A DNA stretch of 33,251 bases from Octopus bimaculoides. Its lineage: Eukaryota. The position numbers and the translations under genes were made by a program. Below the pieces are notes generated by a model, which made no database searches, was not told where the DNA came from, and saw only the letters and a program-made list of their open reading frames with translations. Location: assembly GCF_001194135.2 (NCBI RefSeq), contig NC_068985.1, positions 117,748,575 to 117,781,825 on the forward strand, read 5' to 3'. Each line of letters starts with the position of its first letter. The first letter of the stretch is position 1. Of the stretch, positions 22,641 through 32,776 are shown piece after piece.

Positions 22641-22937
22641 GAAGGTGCGTAGCTTAGTGGTTAGGATGTTGCATTCATGATCGTGGGTTCGATTTCTGGT
22701 CCGGGCGGTGCGTTGTGCTCTTGAGCAAAACACTTCCTTTAGTATTGTTCCTGTTTACTCAACTCTAAATGGGTAACTCTGCGATGGACTAACCTGGCCA
22801 TCAGAGGTGATGTCGGCCTACTTGCCTAGTCAGGAAAGTGTCATCATTCGAAAGCTAAAAGAATACTGCAGAGCGCATTGTGACTAGCGATGTATAACAC
22901 TATCCATATAGTCTGGTCGATCACGTGATTACGTGAT
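22641..22937 (+). mobile_element. CORE-type SINE, family B, copy B4 (tail ending TCACGTGATTACGTGAT)
   Basis: A-box TAGCTTAGTGG, B-box GGTTCGATTTC, TTGTGCTCTTGAGCAAAACACTTC, then CTGCGATGGACT and a distinct tail. Confidence 0.88.
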
Positions 22938-22989
22938 GTGTAGACACGCATTGAAAATGGAACGACACAAGCTAGATAAATTGGAATAG

Positions 22990-23465
22990 GTGGCTTTCAT
23001 GGCTTCTGGTCTTAACAGCCTTGAAGCGTTATCATGTACATGTTTTGTCTTGATATAAAAGATGGGCTACAGCAAATATTCTGCTCAATCCCACAGAGCT
23101 GCTCGATCCCACAGAGCTGCTCAGTCTCTCATGAGCTGACGATGTGTGCATCTTAGTGACAGAAATCTCTGAATGTGAGTAAAAGAAGTGGGGGTGGAGC
23201 ATCATTGCTATGTGTTGAGAGGAATTCTTTGGGGTTTGAAATATTCATCTCTAGGAACATATCCTTAAACAAGCCTTGTTCAGGGACCTTGTACAGGGAC
23301 CCATCCCAACGTGATGGACTACTCCACCTGAAGAAAATTCTAACTGGGCCCCACCTGCAAGGTCATGCACTGTTTTTCTTGAGAGCACCATGTCGCGCAC
23401 ATATAGTTGTGGCGCATGTGCTTGGTGTATCCTTGTCAGTCGGATAGTCTTGATGGGTATACGAG
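22990..23465 (+). mobile_element. Unclassified interspersed repeat, family E, copy E1
   Basis: Shares CATGGCT.CTG.TCTTAAC, TCATGTACAT, TACAGCAAATATTC, GCTGACGAT.TGTGCATCT, GGAATTCTTTGGGGTTTG and CATCCTTAA.CAA, in the same order, with 26896-27210. Strand assignment is arbitrary. Confidence 0.8.
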
Positions 23466-23484
23466 CAAGAGGATAGTGTTATCC

Positions 23485-23539
<55 letters not shown>

Positions 23540-24217
23540 CACCGAGTTGCTAGTGAAGTTCCTAGTCAAGATGTATACGTGAGTATGTGGTATAAATATA
23601 TATATACATATATATATNNNNNNNNNNNNNNNNNNNNNNNNNNNNNNNNNNNNNNNNNNNNNNNNNNNNNNNNNNNNNNNNNNNNNNNNNNNNNNNNNNN
23701 NNNNNNNNNNNNNNNNNNNNNNNNNNNNNNNNNNNNNNNNNNNNNNNNNNNNNNNNNNNNNNNNNNNNNNNNNNNNNNNNNNNNNNNNNNNNNNNNNNNN
23801 NNNNNNNNNNNNNNNNNNNNNNNNNNNNNNNNNNNNNNNNNNNNNNNNNNNNNNNNNNNNNNNNNNNNNNNNNNNNNNNNNNNNNNNNNNNNNNNNNNNN
23901 NNNNNNNNNNNNNNNNNNNNNNNNNNNNNNNNNNNNNNNNNNNNNNNNNNNNNNNNNNNNNNNNNNNNNNNNNNNNNNNNNNNNNNNNNNNNNNNNNNNN
24001 NNNNNNNNNNNNNNNNNNNNNNNNNNNNNNNNNNNNNNNNNNNNNNNNNNNNNNNNNNNNNNNNNNNNNNNNNNNNNNNNNNNNNNNNNNNNNNNNNNNN
24101 NNNNNNNNNNNNNNNNNNNNNNNNNNNNNNNNNNNNNNNNNNNNNNNNNNNNNNNNNNNNNNNNNNNNNNNNNNNNNNNNNNNNNNNNNNNNNNNNNNNN
24201 NNNNNNNNNNNNNNNNN

Positions 24218-24272
<55 letters not shown>

Positions 24273-24274
<2 letters not shown>

Positions 24275-24520
24275 GGGCGCATGACGCAGTGGTTAGAGTG
24301 TGGCACTCACGATCTAGCGATCGTGATTTCGGTTCCTAGGCTAGGCTGTGTTTTGTGCTCTTGAGCAAAATACTTAATTTTACTTTGCTCTGCGATCACT
24401 TCGACACCAGACGTGCAGCACACTGTGCACCTGTTCTGGCGAGCTAATGTACAGCACGGGCGTATGATCATTATAAACAAATCATTTGTGCAGGTCAATC
24501 AGCAAAAAAGCTGAAAATCA
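24273..24520 (+). mobile_element. Family B SINE, copy B5 (CORE cut short, different tail)
   Basis: A-box-like TGACGCAGTGG, B-box-like GATTTCGGTTCC, TTGTGCTCTTGAGCAAAATACTTAATTTTACTTTGCTC, then tail TGCGATCACTTCGACACC..TATAAACAAATCAT. Confidence 0.82.
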
Positions 24521-24689
24521 GAGATAGTTTCGTAGCAAAAGCTTCACTGAGCTCTATTCAGTGCTTACAATACCCATGTTTTCAGGTCTTTAGAGTGTCC
24601 TTGAAATGGAGCAGTAAGCTTCCAGGCTAATATGGACACCTATCAAACCTGTGTTTTTCTTGGGCCAATATCCCTACCTAGAAAAAAGT

Positions 24690-24982
24690 AGTTACAGACG
24701 CATTGATGAGAATTCAAATCTTCAAGGCCTGAGAGATGGCCTTGACGCTGTGCAATAAATCCAAAACGCCTTAAGGAAATCTATATCCTGTTTTACACAT
24801 CAGGTACTAACCTGGAATCTACAAGGGAGACAGCCGGAAGATACCCTAAATACAGTTGGAGGCGAAATAGTGGAACAAAGCTGAAAAAAGCTGAGATCCG
24901 ACTGGAAAGAAGCAGTGTCGAGAATAGGGAAGAAAATCTGTCAATGTCCTATGTTCCATGGGGAGGGAAGAGCTTAAGTAAT
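24690..24982 (+). mobile_element. 3' end of an RTE-clade LINE
   Basis: ALRKSISCFTHQVLTWNLQGR (from 24768), then after a frameshift RYPKYSWRRNSGTKLKKAE, ending in TAAGTAA. This matches the RTE C-terminus HTLRK..ITRQALTWNPQGKR.RGRPK.TWRR. Confidence 0.65.
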
Positions 24983-25935
24983 TAACATTGATACAAAAGC
25001 TCAATAACCTCGTTTCGTGCTCTGAAATGTGTGGTACGGTTCTCCAATATTATAAGGATGCTTCCATCGTTCACTTAAATAAAAATTAAGAATAAAATCA
25101 ATTCGACAACTAATGTAGAAATACACTTCTCTAAAATGCAAGGAAAATTCATGTCTGTGTTATTATAAATAGGCTCGACACATACCTAGTTTCATATATC
25201 TTCAATCACATATCTAGTTTCATTTATTATATATTAAATCTTGAAAAGAATCGACATATACTAATTTCGTATATTATATCTTTAATAGAATCAAAATATA
25301 TCTAGTTCCATGTATCTTCAAATCTAGTTCCATATATCTTCAGTCCCAATGTAGCTTTCGAGCTGAACGTGGGACAGTCGATATAAATCTTTTATGAAGG
25401 CAAATTCAGGAGAAAGTTCATTTACAGATTGTGGAACTCTCTACATGGTCGTTATAGATACAAAATGGTTTGATATCGTATCCGGAGAGGCATTATGGAA
25501 AGTTCTAACAAAAGTGGATATTCCAGATATGACGGAAAACGTCATTATCTTCGTCCATGACGATGACAAATCTAATTTCGGAAGGCCAATGTTGTGATCC
25601 TTCCCATGTATCATATGAAACTAAACAGGCTGCGCTTTCGCTCCTGTGTTATTTGCTCTCTTTTCCCTGATGCTTAATGAGATTATGATGTAAATGTCCA
25701 GCTTCATTTTAGCGTAAATCTATTCAGTACACAAAGATTTAATTCCAAGGCTAAAACTAGGCTTGAAATGATATGTGAACAACGTTCTGCAAATAATTAT
25801 GAAATCGGTGCTCATTCTATGGAAGAGATGCAAGTATTTGTAAATAGATTTCCCGGGGTTTTTGGTCTTACCAATTAGTATCAAAATAACTGAACTTGCT
25901 CATCGAACTCGTCCAGATGTTACTCGTAGTACTAG
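24982..25935 (+). mobile_element. RTE-clade (BovB-like) LINE reverse transcriptase relic
   Basis: Frameshifted translation: LIQKLNNL..YKDASIVHLNKN; ARKIHVCVIINRLDTYLVSYI; QSQCSFRAERGTVDIIF; LYMVVIDTKWFDIVSGEALWKVLTKVDIPD; SANNY at the FADD site; AHSMEEMQVFVNRF; ISIKITELAH. Motif order is correct for RTE RT. Confidence 0.87.
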
Positions 25936-26004
25936 TAATAAATATGATGATCATCATCATAATAATGTTAATAATAATTATTATTATTATAACAATATTA
26001 TTAC

Positions 26005-26053
<49 letters not shown>

Positions 26054-26063
26054 AATAATAATA

Positions 26064-26131
26064 ATTGTCTCTTGAGGTCTCTGGATGAGACTTGGATCCA
26101 ACTTGTACAAATGCAAAACAAAAGTCAAACA
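26064..26131 (+). mobile_element. Short non-repetitive insert between (AAT)n tracts, possibly the 3' UTR end of a LINE
   Basis: TGTCTCTTGAGGTCTCTGGATGAGACTTGGATCCAACTTGTACAAATGCAAAACAAAAGTCAAAC is flanked by (ATT)/(AAT)n on the left and (AAT)n on the right. The LINE assignment rests on recalled similarity only. Confidence 0.45.
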
Positions 26132-26175
26132 TAATAATAATAATAATAATAATAATGATAATAATAACAACAACA

Positions 26176-26515
26176 ACAAGAGCACTCAGAGAGCGCAAAC
26201 CTCAACCAAGGCAACACCAACTTCCCCTCAACGATTAGCCAGAGATGATTTTTAAAATGAGAATATCTGAAATAAAATCGACTGCTCTCACAAACGAGAA
26301 TACTACAAATGAAACCGACCGCTCTCAAAAATTAAGTAAAAAAAACGGAAAAATAATCCTGAATCCTTGTCCGGTACCTGATCGATCCCAATAGTAGTCA
26401 TGGAATGTGAAGGTGGTTGTAGAAAATTTAGTAACAGTAATAAACAGTTTCTCCTTATCTAATACAAGCCAAAGTTAACAAATTCAGCATTCAAAATAGT
26501 TTCAAAGGCAGAGGT
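26176..26515 (+). mobile_element. Non-autonomous Helentron-associated (HINE/DINE-1-like) element, degraded
   Basis: Starts ACAAGAGCACTCAGAGAGCGCAAACCTCAACCAAGG and ends AAGGCAGAGGT before AATAATAA. The sub-terminal ACCTC..CCAAGG and ..GG.GGAGGT motifs are imperfectly complementary. Class assignment is by recalled similarity. Confidence 0.45.
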
Positions 26516-26830
26516 AATAATAAGTTCTACTCGGGAATGTTTAAATGAATAGCGTAAGACCGTTTGGTTTTCTCTTCTCTTAAATTCTGGACTTCGTTTA
26601 GTATTCCTGTTGTTTTAGCTCGATGTATAGATGTATGTATATGTGTAAGTATACTGTAAAGTGTTAATATGTAAGTATAATATATGTATGTATAATATAT
26701 GTATGTATAATATATGTATGTATAACATATATATATTATAAAAATATGTCAGTGTTATTTAATTTCTGGTTTTTCCGCCGTTTGTTTATGTAGTTTGATT
26801 TCTTTATCCATCAGTTTCTACTAAGGTGGA

Positions 26831-26895
<65 letters not shown>

Positions 26896-26898
<3 letters not shown>

Positions 26899-27210
26899 CC
26901 CTGATGCAGTACCAGGCTGTGGTTCACATGGCTGCTGATCTTAACTGATTAGAAGTGTCATCATGTACATTGTTTTGTCTGGGTACAGCAAATATTCCGC
27001 TCAATACCACGTATCTGCTTGTCAGTTGTTTGACTTTAACCAGTTGAGCATGTCCCTTAGGGGCTGACGATATGTGCATCTCTGATTACTAGCAAAAGTA
27101 ATGGGGACTGGCATCATACCCATGTGCCTAGTGGAATTCTTTGGGGTTTGGATAATTCACCTTCGGAAACATGGGTGTTTCGTACAACATCCTTAAGCAA
27201 CCTTTATTCG
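26896..27210 (+). mobile_element. Family E repeat, copy E2, adjoining (AAT)n at 26834-26893
   Basis: Colinear with 22990-23290 through the shared motifs listed for E1; truncated at its junction with the R4-like LINE. Confidence 0.8.
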
Positions 27211-27850
27211 GTTTTGGTAAATGTCTACTTTGTTGATTTTTTTTTCTTTTATTCTTAAATCAAATGGACAGATGACAGCAATTATGTAGCAACTCCATTA
27301 CTTCGCAAACATCAAGATATCTGGTCTGTTATGCTCTAGGACGTGATCCGTTTGGATCAGAAAGTTCCAAAGAAATTAAACCTCACCATTCTCTGTCATT
27401 TTTTCAGGAACATGTTCAAACCACTTCTGTCCTGATGTAAGTCTATACATCTTACACATTTCCCAGTGCGTAATCTTTGTAACGTTGTTATATCTCCAAG
27501 ATTATTACTGTTTCTGTGCGAGTTTGGAACATTCGAATACAGCGTAGCTTACTGTTTCTTCTCGTTCATCGCACACCCTACACAATGGCGACACGTTGAC
27601 TCCCTCCTTACATTTTACACTATTTTTCCGGAGATCCTGATCCTGAGTTATCATGACCTATCCTTCTTTTGTGAGAATTCCCTTTCTCTGTGGATGTCAT
27701 TGTTTCTCCATATAACTTTGCTTTCTCTTTTCAAGTATTTCAGTTCATTTTTCTAGCACGCTTGCATTGCTTACAGTTTCTAGCAATTCTTGAGTGCTTT
27801 CGTTAACAAACTGATTGGGACTTTTCACGTCCATGTCCATAAATCCTCTA
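27211..27850 (-). mobile_element. R4/Dong-like LINE relic: CCHC knuckle plus restriction-like endonuclease
   Basis: One reading frame with a few stops: VMITQDQDLRKNSVK..SPLCRVCDEREETVSYAVFECSKLAQKQ**SWRYNNVTKITHWEMCKMY..KWFEHVPEKMTENGEV*FLWNFLIQTDHVLEHNRPDILMFAK*WSCYIIAVICPFDLRIKEKKINKVDIYQ. It shows the C-x2-C knuckle (H changed to Y) and the RPD..(D)..P.D motif. Confidence 0.87.
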
Positions 27851-27852
27851 AA

Positions 27853-28073
27853 GCAGAAAACTGGCAGGATAGTTACCGCTCTGGACAAAATACATAGGGG
27901 TATTCCTCCTAGCTTTACGTTGTGAGTTCAAACACCACCGAGGTTGTATTTGCTTTTCATTCTTTCGGGATCGATGAATTAAGTACCAGATGAGCACTGG
28001 GAACGATGTAATCGACTCAACTCTCCCCGCAAATTTCAGGCCTCGTGCCTATAGGAGAAATAATTATTATTAT
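27853..28073 (+). mobile_element. Family C SINE, copy C2 (different tail from C1)
   Basis: CTGGCAGGATAGTTA head, GAGTTCAAAC, TTTGCTTTTCATTCTTTCGGGATCGATGAATTAAGTACCAG..GCACTGG..GATGTAATCGACT, and an ATT-repeat end. Confidence 0.85.
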
Positions 28074-28402
28074 CTCTTGCGAGAATTATATTTGAATTTT
28101 TCTTCTTTTCTTTGTATAAGGCATTATATAATATATTCCTACTACTGTATATGTTGATGTTCTTGTTGCTTTTGTTCCTGATGCTCTTGTTGGTGATGAT
28201 GTCGTTGGTACCATTGAAGTTTCGTTGATACAAATTGTTATTGTTGTTGCTGTTGCAACGACCGAACTTTCCTAAAAATAATGTTTACGCCACATTGAAT
28301 TGCTGCAATTACTTCCATGAAGTATATACTTTAAGTCATTTATATATGTCTATGTGTAAGTGTGTTTGTGTGTTTGTGTGTATATATATAAATATATCTA
28401 TA

Positions 28403-28442
<40 letters not shown>

Positions 28443-29788
28443 NNNNNNNNNNNNNNNNNNNNNNNNNNNNNNNNNNNNNNNNNNNNNNNNNNNNNNNNNN
28501 NNNNNNNNNNNNNNNNNNNNNNNNNNNNNNNNNNNNNNNNNNNNNNNNNNNNNNNNNNNNNNNNNNNNNNNNNNNNNNNNNNNNNNNNNNNNNNNNNNNN
28601 NNNNNNNNNNNNNNNNNNNNNNNNNNNNNNNNNNNNNNNNNNNNNNNNNNNNNNNNNNNNNNNNNNNNNNNNNNNNNNNNNNNNNNNNNNNNNNNNNNNN
28701 NNNNNNNNNNNNNNNNNNNNNNNNNNNNNNNNNNNNNNNNNNNNNNNNNNNNNNNNNNNNNNNNNNNNNNNNNNNNNNNNNNNNNNNNNNNNNNNNNNNN
28801 NNNNNNNNNNNNNNNNNNNNNNNNNNNNNNNNNNNNNNNNNNNNNNNNNNNNNNNNNNNNNNNNNNNNNNNNNNNNNNNNNNNNNNNNNNNNNNNNNNNN
28901 NNNNNNNNNNNNNNNNNNNNNNNNNNNNNNNNNNNNNNNNNNNNNNNNNNNNNNNNNNNNNNNNNNNNNNNNNNNNNNNNNNNNNNNNNNNNNNNNNNNN
29001 NNNNNNNNNNNNNNNNNNNNNNNNNNNNNNNNNNNNNNNNNNNNNNNNNNNNNNNNNNNNNNNNNNNNNNNNNNNNNNNNNNNNNNNNNNNNNNNNNNNN
29101 NNNNNNNNNNNNNNNNNNNNNNNNNNNNNNNNNNNNNNNNNNNNNNNNNNNNNNNNNNTATATATATATATATATATATACATATATATATTGCTTAATT
29201 GGCCTACACTCTTTCATTTATTCATGGCGAATTGCTTATTAAATAGTTTGATATTAAACTGTTCGATTTTACAGTTTATTTAATTGTTAATGATGAAAAG
29301 ATATAATGCTACTTTTAACTTTTAATTTTGCTAAATAGCAAATTATGGATTTTCCTTTGCAAATACAAAAAGTTTGGGCAAGTAAATAATTCGACATCGC
29401 GTGTTGCTATAATTTGTATTATTAAGTTAGATTTGTCCGATTTTATTTTTTTAAGATTAGTCAGAGAATAACACTCATTCAAATTATTATACTTAGTTTC
29501 GCATTTTGTCAACTTAAGCTACTAGTGTTCAATATGTATAGAAATATTGTATATACTTATAAATAAAAATTTCCTCGTAGACCTTGGCTTTCATTAGTTT
29601 CTTAATACAAATAACGTTACTGTTAGCTACACTCGCACAAAAAACAACACTGCTCCTGTACTCAGTTTAAATAGTAATGATGTTTCGTATATCACCATAC
29701 AAAACTAGATAGCTGTAACAACTCTAAAATGTACTTTCTCTAAAATGTATTTTCTAAAGTATTGTTTTGAAAACATTATATTGCTTCC

Positions 29789-30047
29789 GTGAAGGCGCGT
29801 GGCTTAGTGGTTAAGGTGTCGGCATCACGATCGTGAGATTGTGGTTTCGATTCCTGGACCGTGCGACGCGTTGTGTTCTTGAGCAAGACACTTCATTTCA
29901 CGTTGCTCCAGTCCACTCAGCTGGCAAAAATGAGTAACGCTGCGATGGACTGGCGTCCCATCCAGCTGGGGAACACATATGCCAGAGAAACCGGGAAACC
30001 GGGCCCATGAGCCTGGTTAGGCTTTAAAAGGGCGCATTTATATTATC
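29789..30047 (+). mobile_element. CORE-type SINE, family B, copy B6, intact with a perfect 12-bp target-site duplication
   Basis: A-box TGGCTTAGTGG (29800-29810), B-box GTTTCGATTCC (29844-29854), CORE-like segment, then CTGCGATGGACTGGCGTCCCATCCAG. TATATTGCTTCC occurs at 29777-29788 and 30048-30059. Confidence 0.95.
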
Positions 30048-30902
30048 TATATTGCTTCCAGGCTTCAAATTGCTCTCTTTATTTAGGGCTCTATCGACAA
30101 AATATTCATCGTATCTATAGAAATTTGACATCAACAAATCGTTATCAACAAAGACACATGTATTAAGATGCACAGAAACAATAGCACCGGATGTACTCTA
30201 TGTTATGTCTCCATAAACTACACGCCTTGGTATGATATCATCTTAAATATAACAAAGTGACAATGTTAACTAAGCCAACAGAGATCGAGATCAGTGAAAA
30301 TTCGACAAAATAATATATCAAAATAATATATCAATCAGAAGGTAACACATACCGCGAGAAGGAAGAGAAATTATAAATGACTCGAGCCGAACGGCAAATT
30401 CCTAACGCCAGCATCACACAAGAGCAACCAAGAAGACTTCAGAAAGCACTGAGTCAAAATCGCCAATTACCAGACAAGGATGCTTGCTACATCGGTAAGT
30501 TAAATGAAAGCATGTAAACTGTCTCATACGCTTATAGACATTCTCAGTTTATTGACAGCATTCATTATGTTATATTGTCAATGTAACACTTCTATAAACT
30601 TGTTAGCACTTTCTCTTGCTTCTTCATTGTTAATCTTAGTTAATTTGTATAAACTCTTCAAGAACATTTGCATCATGGCAGTTAACTCGAAAACGTATAA
30701 CTCCATATAAACTTGAATTGTTCTCACCATCAAACAACGTTGAAAACTACCTAGCATTCCTTCTATAAAATATTGGATAACATTTACTTACATATAATTA
30801 CTAATTGCAACAACATTACTTATTAATAAAATGGTGGTGACAATTTCTATTCTCGAATATAATTTTGTCAATGAATTATTTTTAAATTCACTCTACTGCC
30901 TC

Positions 30903-31445
30903 TTAAGGGAGTAGATGTTTTCCGATGACGAAAAATAGAAAAGATTTACATTCGAATCTATCCAAACGCATCAAGCTGTCCTGCGTTGCCCCTATGAATT
31001 ATCGTGTCTTTAACAGACATCAGCACGCATCAGCAAATAATTTGTTCGCTGATTCCTATAAACAAGAATTCATTCTCTTTGCAGATTCAATGGTCTGGCG
31101 GGGTGGCTTTAACTGAGGAGGAACACAATGAGGTCAAATAATGCAGCGCCTCAACGTCTCATTACACCGGTGGATCTAACGTGTGTTATGAACACATACC
31201 ATCTAAGGAGAGGAGATGTTCTCCGATGGCGAAAAGCAACAGCGATTCATATTTGAATCTGCCAAAATATATTAAGAACTAATAGGTACATTATTGACTT
31301 GTCTCTGGTTGTTTTGCGTTTCGTCCATGAATTAATATGCGTTTGACAGACACCACTGCACATAGGCAAATAATTCGTTTGGTCATTCCTATAAATATAA
31401 CAAGAGTTCATGTTCTTGTTAGATTCCACGGCCTGGCGGAGTAGA
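30903..31445 (+). repeat. Diverged direct repeat, two units (about 30903-31105 and 31203-31445)
   Basis: Both units carry AGATGTT.TCCGATG.CGAAAA, GCAAATAATT, ATTCCTATAAA, CAAGA.TTCAT and AGATT....GG.CTGGCGG in the same order. Confidence 0.8.
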
Positions 31446-31943
31446 GGAGACTTACAAGAAGATCAAAACCCCACGCAGTCCCAAAGATTTTTTTTTTTAC
31501 ACAGGTGATTCTCGCTTGTTTTATGAGCGCACACCGTCTGAAGAGAAGCGGTTTCCGACAACAAAAAGTTATAGCGATCAGATATTGACGTTCGAGACTG
31601 CCATGACGCATAAATAATGAATAGATACGTCATTGTCTAAACTTATTCTTTTATAGCAAAAATGACCATAGTTATTCTCACCAACGAACTAAATTGTTAC
31701 ATGTCTTAGTACTAAGATCATCTGTTGTAAAAAAAAATGAACAAAAGAGAATTCTCGTAAATTAATGCATACACGAAATACTCAGAAACACTTCACTATC
31801 TAAATACATTAAGATTTTAAAGATGATAATCCAAACAATTAGAAGATCTCTTGTTTCATTATATAACACGTGGATATCTACATTATTATCTACCGAAGAT
31901 ACATTTTATCTCTCGGAAACAAATTTTCAACAACCAACTTTAT

Positions 31944-32013
<70 letters not shown>

Positions 32014-32018
32014 GGATG
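31944..32018. repeat. (GATA)n microsatellite
   Basis: Directly visible. Confidence 0.97.
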
Positions 32019-32058
32019 GATTCAAATATGAAAGAGAAGCAGCTCGTGGGATATAACC

Positions 32059-32331
32059 AATATCGAACACACATACACAAAGTATGTGTTTAGCCAGTTG
32101 ATGGGCAGGCTGCGATTATAGGCGAAAGAGAATATATTCTCATTAGTTCACCTAATGTTAAGACACCTAGAAGTCATAGACAAGGGAGATAACTCCCATC
32201 GCGTCCCGTTACAGGACTTTCAAGTGTTTTAACACCAGGAGAATCGTCGATAAAATATTCGTTTACACTTATAATCGCAGTCTGCCCACGAACTAGCAAA
32301 ACACATATCTTGTGTATGTGTGTTCGGTATT
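32059..32331. mobile_element. Fold-back / MITE-like element (273 bp) with about 77-bp inverted arms
   Basis: 32059-32135 versus the reverse complement of 32255-32331 gives 8 mismatches in the first 62 positions and 13 in 77. No target-site duplication could be identified. Confidence 0.7.
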
Positions 32332-32741
32332 GTATGTATGTATATATATGTATATATATATATATATANNNNNNNNNNNNNNNNNNNNNNNNNNNNNNNN
32401 NNNNNNNNNNNNNNNNNNNNNNNNNNNNNNNNNNNNNNNNNNNNNNNNNNNNNNNNNNNNNNNNNNNNNNNNNNNNNNNNNNNNNNNNNNNNNNNNNNNN
32501 NNNNNNNNNNNNNNNNNNNNNNNNNNNNNNNNNNNNNNNNNNNNNNNNNNNNNNNNNNNNNNNNNNNNNNNNNNNNNNNNNNNNNNNNNNNNNNNNNNNN
32601 NNNNNNNNNNNNNNNNNNNNNNNNNNNNNNNNNNNNNNNNNNNNNNNNNNNNNNNNNNNNNNNNNNNNNNNNNNNNNNNNNNNNNNNNNNNNNNNNNNNN
32701 NNNNNNNNNNNNNNNNNNNNNNNNNNNNNNNNNNNNNNNNN

Positions 32742-32776
<35 letters not shown>

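Larger units (their letters stand above)
9000..32741. other. Assembly gaps (N) at 9000-9124, 14347-15236, 16043-16399, 19063-19133, 20040-20190, 22314-22502, 23618-24217, 28443-29158 and 32369-32741
   Basis: N runs; eight of the nine abut simple repeats, mostly (TA)n. Confidence 0.99.

Noticed and set aside
29789-29860. tRNA gene here or at the other SINE heads
   Set aside because: A and B boxes are present, but each head runs into shared SINE body sequence and I cannot draw a complete cloverleaf.
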